Shown piece after piece: positions 1 through 8,286 of a stretch of 64,000 nucleotides of DNA (positions are counted from its first letter, which is position 1; each line of letters starts with the position of its first letter). Source of the DNA: Coprothermobacterota bacterium (GTDB lineage: Bacteria > Coprothermobacterota > Coprothermobacteria > Coprothermobacterales > Coprothermobacteraceae). The DNA lies in assembly GCA_036679065.1 (NCBI GenBank), contig JAZIGN010000003.1, positions 32,001 through 96,000 of the forward strand, written 5' to 3'. The notes beneath the pieces are model-generated. The model saw nothing but the letters and a program-made list of their open reading frames with translations, was not told the origin of the DNA and made no database searches. The position numbers and the translations under genes were made by a program.

Positions 1-816
1 GAGCTTATAAAGGTTCTGAAGAATCCAAAGCACGGTTTTGGTAGGTTTTTTAATCCCTGCATTGACTGCCATGCCTTGATGGTGAAAAAAGCATTAGAGC
101 TTTTACCTTCACTGCAAGCACAGTTCATCATTACTGGTGAAGTGCTTTACCAAAGGCCAAAGAGTCAAAAAATGGGAGGGCTCATGGCAGTAGCAAAAGA
201 CAGTGGTGCTCAGGATCTCATCCTCAGACCTTTGTCAGCAAAACTATTGCCGCCAACAAAACCAGAAAGAGAAGGCTGGGTTAACCGCTCCTTACTGCTG
301 GATATTCAAGGAAGATCTCGCCAAAGGCAACTTGAGCTAGCGCAAACACTGGGCATAAACGACTACCCCATGCCCGCTGGCGGATGCCTACTTACTGATA
401 TTAGCGTTACACGAAGGCTTCAAAAAATCTTCCAATACTGGAAAGATGATATTGACAGACCTTTCCTTGAACTTGCAAAGGTGGGTAGGCATTTCTGGAC
501 AGGTAGCGATCTCATTGTGGTAGCCAGAAACGAGCAGGAAAGTTATAGCTTGCGAGCCCTTATGAAAGTATGGGACTACAAAGTGGAACTTACCGATGTA
601 CCAGGCCCTACTACCCTTGTGCGGTCAAGGGGAAAGCTCACAGAAGAAGTCTTGGAGCTTTCAGCCCTTCTTACTGCACGCTACAGCAAAGCCAGGACTT
701 TGCCTTTGGTTAAGGTGAAAGCGGAAAATTATCTGTTCTTGCACACCCAAAAGCTGCAGGTGAAGCCCTCCGCGTTGACTGAAACCATGGAACGCATGAA
801 TGCAGAGCAACTTTGA
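1..816 (+). CDS. ThiI/MnmA-like tRNA sulfurtransferase family protein, 5'-truncated by window edge
   Basis: Frame 1 is open from base 1 (ELIKVLKNPKHGFGRFFNPCIDCHAL...). It carries NPCIDC, TGEVLYQRPKSQ and PAGGCLLTD motifs typical of this family. Confidence 0.75.
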   Translation, partial: ELIKVLKNPKHGFGRFFNPCIDCHALMVKKALELLPSLQAQFIITGEVLYQRPKSQKMGGLMAVAKDSGAQDLILRPLSAKLLPPTKPEREGWVNRSLLLDIQGRSRQRQLELAQTLGINDYPMPAGGCLLTDISVTRRLQKIFQYWKDDIDRPFLELAKVGRHFWTGSDLIVVARNEQESYSLRALMKVWDYKVELTDVPGPTTLVRSRGKLTEEVLELSALLTARYSKARTLPLVKVKAENYLFLHTQKLQVKPSALTETMERMNAEQL

Positions 817-872
817 GAGATGAGCAAGAAGGGGCCTAAAGTATAATGCTTCTTAAAAGGGGTGAAAACTAT

Positions 873-1694
873 ATGCGCCTATTTGTTTCAGTTGATTACG
901 AAGGCATTTGGGGTGTTCCTTCATGGGAATTTATGAAAACGGAAGAAGCAAAGCAACTGCTTCATAAAGAGCTAAACGTGCTCCTAAAGTCCATTGAAGA
1001 AGTGGATGCCAATGCCTATGTGCTCATGGTAGATAGTCATTCGCGTGGAGACAACATTTGCCGCAGCATGCTGGAAACCAGTTCTGTGAAACTGGATCTC
1101 ATATCTGGTTACCCACGGCCCAATTACATGATGACCGGTATCGATAACAGCTTTGATGGGGTCATGTTTGTGGGTTACCACACAAAAGCTGGTGGCTGGG
1201 GTGCCATGGATCACTCTTACTCCTCATCCACCATTTACCGCGTTCTCATTAACGGCAAAGAGGTGGGCGAATCCACCATAAACGGCTTTTTGGCTCACTA
1301 CCACGGAGTGCCTGTCATTTTGGTAAGCGGTTCCGAGGAATTGGAAGAAGAAATAAAGGAGAACTTACCCGAAGCCGTATTCCATGCCACAAACAAAACG
1401 TGGTCCCGTTTTAGTGCACAAAGTTATCACGATGCATTAATGACTCTGGCAGAAAAAGTGCACCAAGCGCTGCAAAATGCAAAACAACTTAAGGACTCAT
1501 CCATCACAAAGATAGGCGAAGCCACATTCACCGTGGAGTTCCTAAATCGCCTGGCCGCTGATGTAACCTCTGAGCTGCCTTTCGTAAAGCGTCTAAGCTC
1601 ACGTACCATTGAATTCACCATGTCTGACTACGATCAAGCCTTCCATGCTTTCCAAGCCATTGTTTTCATGGCTTCTTCAGCAATGAGGTTGTAA
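873..1694 (+). CDS. dppA: M55 family D-aminopeptidase (DppA-like)
   Basis: SVDYEG, DSH, GYH, DHSYS and GESTIN metal/catalytic motifs. SD-like AGGGGTGA before the ATG at 873. Confidence 0.85.
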   Translation: MRLFVSVDYEGIWGVPSWEFMKTEEAKQLLHKELNVLLKSIEEVDANAYVLMVDSHSRGDNICRSMLETSSVKLDLISGYPRPNYMMTGIDNSFDGVMFVGYHTKAGGWGAMDHSYSSSTIYRVLINGKEVGESTINGFLAHYHGVPVILVSGSEELEEEIKENLPEAVFHATNKTWSRFSAQSYHDALMTLAEKVHQALQNAKQLKDSSITKIGEATFTVEFLNRLAADVTSELPFVKRLSSRTIEFTMSDYDQAFHAFQAIVFMASSAMRL

Positions 1695-1698
1695 AAAT

Positions 1699-2247
1699 AT
1701 GAAGGGCATCGTGGAGGGCATTGCCCGAGGTAGAGAGAAAAAGCATGAAGTAATAGGTTTCCCCATACTGTTCACAGCTCGGTGGCTACATGTGATTACC
1801 CAAGATAACTTCGACGCTTATATTCCACGTACCTTTAGTGGACGCACATGGCTAGTAAATACGGTAGACGGCCAGCCTACTTTAGGTGTTTTTGTCATGG
1901 ACAACAAACCCATGTACTGGCTTAAGCAGGTTAAATACGTAGAGAGCATCTATCTTGACAAAGAACCAACTGAGCAAATACCACCGCCAAATATGGAGCC
2001 TAAGCAATTTAGCAAGGGAAAACTCACCTTCACAGGTGTTCCTCTTTCTTTATTGGCTCCCTTGGTGGGAAAACAGCTTTGGTGGGTGCAGAGCAGTGAT
2101 GGCCTGGAGCGGGTAATAACTGAACATCAACTGGAAAATTGGATCTTAACAGAGCAGCGTGAACTAATAAACCTAAACACGAAAGCTGGTAGCTGGATTA
2201 AAAATGTATTGCGGTTCTGTGGAGAAAAGGGGTATATCTCACTGTGA
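1699..2247 (+). CDS. hypothetical protein
   Basis: 182-aa ORF tightly packed in the operon (4 bp after dppA, overlapping the next gene). No motif recognised. Confidence 0.6.
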   Translation: MKGIVEGIARGREKKHEVIGFPILFTARWLHVITQDNFDAYIPRTFSGRTWLVNTVDGQPTLGVFVMDNKPMYWLKQVKYVESIYLDKEPTEQIPPPNMEPKQFSKGKLTFTGVPLSLLAPLVGKQLWWVQSSDGLERVITEHQLENWILTEQRELINLNTKAGSWIKNVLRFCGEKGYISL

Positions 2248-2669
2248 TTACCTTCTCAGTATTCGGAAGGAAACACAGTGGGAAAACCACGGTGTGCCAA
2301 GAGCTCATCGATGTGCTTTCTAAAAAGGGCACCGTGGGTTACGAGAAGCGCACTCATACCACCATTAAACTGGATCAGCACCTGCAAATGGCACACCAAA
2401 CCCTGTGGTCAGTGGTGCGTGATAAGCAGAACCTTCAGCTCATTGCAACTAAGGAAACCATGAATTTGCCCGCAGTGGATTTTTTAGTTGTGGAGGGCTA
2501 CGTCCCAGACGTGCCTAACATACTCTGTGTGAAACACCCCTATGACTTGGAAGCCATAACACCATTTACCTTAGCAGCTGTGTCCCTAAGCGGTATTCCC
2601 GGCACCAAGCGAACGGATGAACTAAAAAACATCATCATTAGTTATTTGGAAAGACAGAAAGGAGCGTGA
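2244..2669 (+). CDS. MobB-like P-loop protein (molybdopterin-guanine dinucleotide biosynthesis B family)
   Basis: N-terminal Walker A GRKHSGKTT and a DFLVVEGY motif; short relative to typical MobB. Confidence 0.6.
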   Translation: MITFSVFGRKHSGKTTVCQELIDVLSKKGTVGYEKRTHTTIKLDQHLQMAHQTLWSVVRDKQNLQLIATKETMNLPAVDFLVVEGYVPDVPNILCVKHPYDLEAITPFTLAAVSLSGIPGTKRTDELKNIIISYLERQKGA

Positions 2670-2680
2670 GTATTTTTTCG

Positions 2681-2944
2681 CTAAAGCGTTTCTTTATAGC
2701 TTTTAAGCAACAACTTGAACAACTTACCGTGGTTAGGAATTTTCAGATGCAGTAACTCGTGAAGAACAACTTCTTTTATGAACCCAAAGTCCTGCGTTAG
2801 CAGATCCTTGGAGAAAGTAAGTCTGCCCTTGGAGGAACAACTTGCCCATTTGTGCTTCATGTCCCTGATTTGCACTTCCTTGGGTGAAACATTCATGCTT
2901 TCAGCTAACTGATAGACCAAAGCTTTCAATTCTTCTGATTTCAT
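2681..2944 (-). CDS. short M48/YgjP (DUF45)-like zinc metallopeptidase-fold protein
   Basis: MKHKWASCS and VVLHELLHLKIPNH (HExxH...H) motifs. Start overlaps the hsdR stop (ATGA). Confidence 0.8.
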   Translation of the reverse strand: MKSEELKALVYQLAESMNVSPKEVQIRDMKHKWASCSSKGRLTFSKDLLTQDFGFIKEVVLHELLHLKIPNHGKLFKLLLKSYKETL

Positions 2945-5892
2945 CTCGCACCCACCTTCAAAAGTCGCATGAGCTGATCAACCATTTCCACCAAAACCTT
3001 AGGTTCTACGTAACTTACGAGCACCCCATACATTTCCATGCGCACCTGTTTTTCTCTTTCTTTACTCTCTGCCCAATAAGGATGCCTTTCAAGAATTTCA
3101 CCAACGGCTTTTGCTACTTCTTCAGCGTTCTCCACCCCATAGCTGTGCAGAGTCCAGTAGATCGTAAACACGGCTGGGTTCATGTCCTTCTCTGCTTGTT
3201 CCATCTTGGCTTTGTTTATTTCGCTGATTTTCTCCTCAAGTTCCTTTAAGCTCTCTTGTGCGGTCTTCTGCTTTTCCATGAAGGCTTGCACAATCTTTTC
3301 GGCTCGCTCACCAATGGATACTAAGTAGGGGTTTTTCTTTGCCTCTTCATTAACCACCTTCGCAATACTCTTTGCTATGTTGAAAACCTTTTCCGTGTCT
3401 GATTCTTTGCTTTGCTTTATTCTGTCCATTAGATGCTCGTCGATCTCATAAATCTTCAGGCTAAGATCGGGTGTAGTGGAATTTGTATGTTCCTGTACAA
3501 GTTTCGCAGTTTTTTTCGTAAATCCTCTACTAACCAGCGGTAACGGTCCGAAGGCTTCTTTGAGGAGTGCACTCATTCTGCTTATGGTTTCATAGTCCTG
3601 CAGGTATGGGCTCAGAAAAGGATCAGGTGAGATTACTTCATAAATGCTGGAAAGTTCTTTGTAAAACACTTGAAAATCCTTCCTCGTTTTCTCGTCTTGG
3701 AAATATTCCAATATGCTTTCAACTGCCTTGTCGCGTTGTTTACCCTTCAGCAGTATTAAGTACTCCTGCCTTCCTCTTTCCATGAGTTCAGAAAAACGCC
3801 CCTTAAGCTGGCCAATTTCTCTTACAACCTTTTCGATGTCCTCCACATCCTCGGAATCGAATGCCAAAGCCTTCTTAAGGTCTTCAAAGATGCCCACGAA
3901 GTCGAGAATGAAGCCGCATGGCTTCACTAAGCCCTCTTCATCCTCATAAGGTCTGTTAACACGAGCGATGGCTTGAAGAAGAGTGTGGTCACGCATGGGT
4001 TTATCCAGGTACATGCAGTAAAGTATGGGAGCGTCAAAACCTGTAAGCAGTTTTGATGTGACGATGAGGATTTTTGGTAGTTCATCCTTTTTTTGGAAAG
4101 CCTTTCTAATTTGCTTCTCCTTGTCTTCAGAGTAGTGGAACCGTTGAAGATGTGGTGGATCGTTCTGCGCTGAGCTTACTATGACTTCGCTGTATTCTGG
4201 CGGCAGAAGTTTATCCAGTTCATCTTTGTAAAAAGCGCAGGCTTCTCTGTCTACCGCTACCAAGAACGCTTTAAAACCCATGGGTTCCACATAGTTTGTA
4301 AAATGCTCTGCAACAGCTTGGGCTACCTTGGAGACCCTTTCTTTACTCTTAAGCATGTTTTTCAGATTCACGGCCTTCTCTAAAACACGGTTCAGTACGT
4401 CAAAATCCGCCACACCTTCAGCCTCACTTAAGCTAAGGAATTCTCTATCCAGCGTTTCCCTGTCCACCCTCAATTCGTTGGGAGCAAGGCCGTAGTGGAT
4501 CTCCACTGTGCTGCCGTCTTCAATGGATTCAGCAATGCTGTATTTATCTAAATAACCCTTGGGATCATCAACGCCGAATATTTTGAACGTGCCTTTTCCA
4601 TATGCGGTCTTATCGATAGGCGTGCCAGTAAAACCAAAGTAGGTGGCATTGGGCAGTGCCGACATGAGGTAGTTTCCCAGATCACCCGTGGTGGTTCTGT
4701 GGGCCTCGTCGATAAGAACAAATATGTTGTCACGTGTATTTATGTTAGCTGGCATGCCTTCGAACTTTTGTATGGTACTGACTATGAGACCACGAGCGTC
4801 CTCCTCCAATAACTCTCTAAGATGTTTTTTGTTCTGTGCAATGCGATCTTCATCAATTTCAAATCCAACTGATTTTAGATTCCCAAACAACTGCGCTTCA
4901 AGCTCGTTTCTGTCTACTAGCATTATCACCGTGGGGTTAGAAAAAGCAGGATTCTGGAGTATTAACCTGGCCGCAGCTATCATGGTGTAGGTTTTACCAG
5001 AACCTTGCGTGTGCCAAATAAGGCCACGTTTTCTAGTGGTGTCCTCAGCTCTTTGCACGAGTTTCTTCACAGCCCTTATTTGATGCGGTCTGAGAACTAC
5101 CTTCTTAAGTTCATCGTCTTTGCGTGTGAACAATATGCCGTTAAAAAGCAAGTCCAAGACGTTTCCCTTATCAAAGAAAGTCTTCACGGTGTCTTCAAAC
5201 GATTTTGTCTCCTTGTCCACCTTCCAGTTAAACAGTGCTTTTGGTGTGAAAGACCATGTGGCAGCGTAGAAGAAGTGGATCACCTGCGTAAGCGTGTAAA
5301 TTTGCAGTACCTTCATGGCCTCGGGCGTTTCACGGTGATACCGAGCTACCTGCTCCAGCGCTTCTCCCAATGCATCTTCTCGATGCGCTGCTTTGGTTTC
5401 AACAAAGAACAACGGAATACCGTTTATGAGGAAAACCACATCATAACGGTTCCTACTCCGTCCATTGTAAAAAGAGAATTCGTCAGTCACCTGGAAAACA
5501 TTGTTCTGAGGCTCGGGATCGATGAACGTAACGTTCCGCTCTCGCTTTTCACTGGGCACAAAGACCGTCTTTTTGCCACAAAGATGTTCCCAAATGTCCA
5601 AGTTACCTTCCAAGGTTGCCGGTATTTTTTCCAGTCGCCTTATGAGTTCGTCAGCCAAATCGTCGGTAAGAAATTCGTTAAGACGCAGAAGTTGTTGCCT
5701 TAGAACATCGTAGAAAAATAGACTACTTTCAGACCCACGTTTTGCCAAAGCTTCGTTGCGGTCGATGTACTGCCACCCCAAACTCAGAAATAGGTCTACA
5801 CCTTCTGCAGTTTTGTAGACCCCTTGTTCCTCCTGAACATACTTCAAAATGGTATCTTGTACCACGTCCCGCTCGTTACCCAAGTACCCCAT
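2941..5892 (-). CDS. hsdR: Type I restriction enzyme restriction subunit R
   Basis: Nuclease motif DVVFLINGIPLFFVETK; helicase motifs WHTQGSGKT, DEAHR, FTGTP, LLTGFD, QAIARVNR. Confidence 0.95.
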   Translation of the reverse strand: MGYLGNERDVVQDTILKYVQEEQGVYKTAEGVDLFLSLGWQYIDRNEALAKRGSESSLFFYDVLRQQLLRLNEFLTDDLADELIRRLEKIPATLEGNLDIWEHLCGKKTVFVPSEKRERNVTFIDPEPQNNVFQVTDEFSFYNGRSRNRYDVVFLINGIPLFFVETKAAHREDALGEALEQVARYHRETPEAMKVLQIYTLTQVIHFFYAATWSFTPKALFNWKVDKETKSFEDTVKTFFDKGNVLDLLFNGILFTRKDDELKKVVLRPHQIRAVKKLVQRAEDTTRKRGLIWHTQGSGKTYTMIAAARLILQNPAFSNPTVIMLVDRNELEAQLFGNLKSVGFEIDEDRIAQNKKHLRELLEEDARGLIVSTIQKFEGMPANINTRDNIFVLIDEAHRTTTGDLGNYLMSALPNATYFGFTGTPIDKTAYGKGTFKIFGVDDPKGYLDKYSIAESIEDGSTVEIHYGLAPNELRVDRETLDREFLSLSEAEGVADFDVLNRVLEKAVNLKNMLKSKERVSKVAQAVAEHFTNYVEPMGFKAFLVAVDREACAFYKDELDKLLPPEYSEVIVSSAQNDPPHLQRFHYSEDKEKQIRKAFQKKDELPKILIVTSKLLTGFDAPILYCMYLDKPMRDHTLLQAIARVNRPYEDEEGLVKPCGFILDFVGIFEDLKKALAFDSEDVEDIEKVVREIGQLKGRFSELMERGRQEYLILLKGKQRDKAVESILEYFQDEKTRKDFQVFYKELSSIYEVISPDPFLSPYLQDYETISRMSALLKEAFGPLPLVSRGFTKKTAKLVQEHTNSTTPDLSLKIYEIDEHLMDRIKQSKESDTEKVFNIAKSIAKVVNEEAKKNPYLVSIGERAEKIVQAFMEKQKTAQESLKELEEKISEINKAKMEQAEKDMNPAVFTIYWTLHSYGVENAEEVAKAVGEILERHPYWAESKEREKQVRMEMYGVLVSYVEPKVLVEMVDQLMRLLKVGAR

Positions 5893-5930
5893 CTTCCATT
5901 TACACCCCCCACTAACAGTTGTTTATTGTG

Positions 5931-7328
5931 CTAGTTACTTGCCCCTTCCTCGGAAGTTTGGAACTTAACTCTGAGCTTACCACTCATAAGCATGTGCAGC
6001 ATCGAGTTAAAGAGGTTGCCCAGTGCTTGCTTCTTTTTCTCTTCGGCTTGAATCTTTTCATCAACCGTTTGTAGAATCTCTGCAATACGCTTTTGTACAG
6101 GCAGTGGCGGAAGAGGAAGAACTACCTTCTCCTCAAACTCCTTCATCTGAAAATTATTCTTACCGTCTGATGCTCTCTTAGTATATTTAGAAAAATCTAC
6201 ATAGTGGCTATTGATCAAGTAGTATAAAAAATCAGGTTGTACATTAACATTTTTCTTTAGTCTCAGAACAGCCAAGAATGAGGCAAATGCTATTGGTATG
6301 TTGCCTGGTAATTCTGTAACCAAGCAGTTTCTGCCAATGTTTTTCAAACTTCCACTAGAGGTCACAAATATAATGTCATGCTTTTGGATAATTTTGGAGG
6401 GCGGTATAGATCCTTTCAAAAAATGCTGAAAATCAAAGGAGACTTGCCCCCATTTTATGTTAGGAATGCTTAGCACCGGTACACCAAAACCGTTCCGACT
6501 TTCTTCCTGCCTGTTCCATGAGATACCACGGACAACTGAAGCCATATCTTTTAGCTTTACTACTTCCCAATCTGCTGGGATCTCGCCAATTTCGGTTTCC
6601 TTCAAATTGATGCGGCTCGCTTCTTCCAAACTCACAGGTCCGTATGTGAAAAGGTGCTTCATAAGTGATTTTTTCAGCTCTTTTGCCGCTTCAATGACCT
6701 TTTCAGTTTTCTCCCGTGCTTCTTGCACTGCTGAAAGCACATAGGCAATGGCCTTCTGCTCTTCCAGCGGCGGAAGAGGAATAGACTCATTCTGTACGAA
6801 GTCTTTGTATTTGAAGTTTCTTATTCCAGTAGTTCTTCTCTCATACAGAGATGTCTTCTTATTCTGATATAAAAGTTTCCAATACAAGTAGAAATATTCC
6901 GAGAAGCACACAGAATCGCTAATTCTTATTCTCTTCACAAAATTCGAGAAAACTACTGGGAGGTGTACTTTCTCAAGCCAATTCCTCCTCGCAAGTAGCA
7001 CCCTGCCCGTTGGTTGTTTCTCGCCGCCACCGGAGAGCTCCACAAGGACATCTCCATCCTGCAACCTACGCTTGATTAAACTCGAACCTTTCAAAAATCT
7101 GATCGGTACCTCTTCAAAATCACCATTAGCAACTTTCTGAAAATCTGTTCCTCGCAAAACAAAACACTCCGTAAAATCTGGGTTTTCCTTTACACCTTTA
7201 CCCCAATCTCCATTCATTTCGTCAACTATTAACCCGCACAGCTTTACTACTTCCCAATCTTTCGGGATCTCGCCAAGTTCAGTATTCTTAAAGTTTGTTT
7301 CCTCGTAAAAACAGATTTTTTGTTCCAT
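5931..7328 (-). CDS. hsdS: Type I restriction enzyme specificity subunit S
   Basis: Two GEIPxDWEVVKL conserved blocks and two PLPPLxxQKxIA blocks flank two TRDs. The ATG at 7328 has a GAGGAG SD. Confidence 0.95.
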   Translation of the reverse strand: MEQKICFYEETNFKNTELGEIPKDWEVVKLCGLIVDEMNGDWGKGVKENPDFTECFVLRGTDFQKVANGDFEEVPIRFLKGSSLIKRRLQDGDVLVELSGGGEKQPTGRVLLARRNWLEKVHLPVVFSNFVKRIRISDSVCFSEYFYLYWKLLYQNKKTSLYERRTTGIRNFKYKDFVQNESIPLPPLEEQKAIAYVLSAVQEAREKTEKVIEAAKELKKSLMKHLFTYGPVSLEEASRINLKETEIGEIPADWEVVKLKDMASVVRGISWNRQEESRNGFGVPVLSIPNIKWGQVSFDFQHFLKGSIPPSKIIQKHDIIFVTSSGSLKNIGRNCLVTELPGNIPIAFASFLAVLRLKKNVNVQPDFLYYLINSHYVDFSKYTKRASDGKNNFQMKEFEEKVVLPLPPLPVQKRIAEILQTVDEKIQAEEKKKQALGNLFNSMLHMLMSGKLRVKFQTSEEGASN

Positions 7329-7338
7329 GTTCTCCTCT

Positions 7339-8244
7339 TCAGTCTTCAAGGAAATAGTCCTCATCAATCTTTTTTATTTCCAGGACTCTGTCAACATGCA
7401 CGCCAACGTTATAGCGGATCATATAGTCAAGAAGTTTGTCACGGTCAATCAGTACCACTTTTATGCCTTTCAAGCTTTCAGCATACTGCCAAGCATCTTT
7501 TGTGAAAGTGGCAGTGGTTATGAAGATGCCCTTGTTGGCACCTTTACCCTGTAGTGCACCCACAAAACTTTGAACTTCTGGCCGTCCTATGCTTCCCTGT
7601 GTCCACCTCTTAGCCTGGATGTAGACATTATCAAGTCCCAAGACATCTTCTTTTATGACGCCATCAACACCCTCGTCGCCTGCTTTTCCTAACAGTTGGC
7701 TAACTTCCTCAAAACTGCCACCATACCCCATCCGCACAATGAGCTGAATTACTAACATTTCGAATCGAGCCGGAGATAGGCTGAGAACTCTTTGCAGAAG
7801 ATCATCCTTCAAAGCTTGATTTAGCTGATCCAAATTTTCAGATATCTCTTCTTCTGGCGTTCGAACCTCGTCACCGCCGTTAATTGTTGGTCCCTTGGGT
7901 TTGCTCCCGTTGTAAAAGGAAAAAAATTCAGGATATTTTTCTAAGAACTTGCAGTCAAGACGTGTTAGATTTTGCGCTAATACGTCCCTGCCTCTGTCAG
8001 TGATGATCACGTAGCCGCGTCGCGGTGCATCGATCAGTTTTGCCTTAAGAAGGTAAGTTCTTGCCCAACTCACTTTGTCTTTGAAAATAGGAGCACCGCT
8101 CTTTTCGTATCTTTGCAACCGCTCAGCATCAGTAACATTGAACTGATCCGCTAAGTAATCTTCCACTTCTTTCATAGAATGTTCACGGCCATCACTTAAG
8201 AACTTTAGCATGGGCAACATAAGATCTTCATAACTCGGTATCAT
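7339..8244 (-). CDS. mrr: Mrr family Type IV (modification-dependent) restriction endonuclease
   Basis: Mrr N-terminal wHTH (MIPSYEDLMLP...VSWARTYL) plus catalytic GDEGVDG...IQAKRW (PD-QxK). AGGAGGT SD. Confidence 0.92.
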   Translation of the reverse strand: MIPSYEDLMLPMLKFLSDGREHSMKEVEDYLADQFNVTDAERLQRYEKSGAPIFKDKVSWARTYLLKAKLIDAPRRGYVIITDRGRDVLAQNLTRLDCKFLEKYPEFFSFYNGSKPKGPTINGGDEVRTPEEEISENLDQLNQALKDDLLQRVLSLSPARFEMLVIQLIVRMGYGGSFEEVSQLLGKAGDEGVDGVIKEDVLGLDNVYIQAKRWTQGSIGRPEVQSFVGALQGKGANKGIFITTATFTKDAWQYAESLKGIKVVLIDRDKLLDYMIRYNVGVHVDRVLEIKKIDEDYFLED

Positions 8245-8286
8245 AGGACCGACCTCCTTTAATTTCCTTGTCTCCTACGTTTGATC

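Noticed and set aside
5005..5703. 232-aa plus-strand ORF
   Set aside because: Antisense shadow of hsdR with no motifs or SD.
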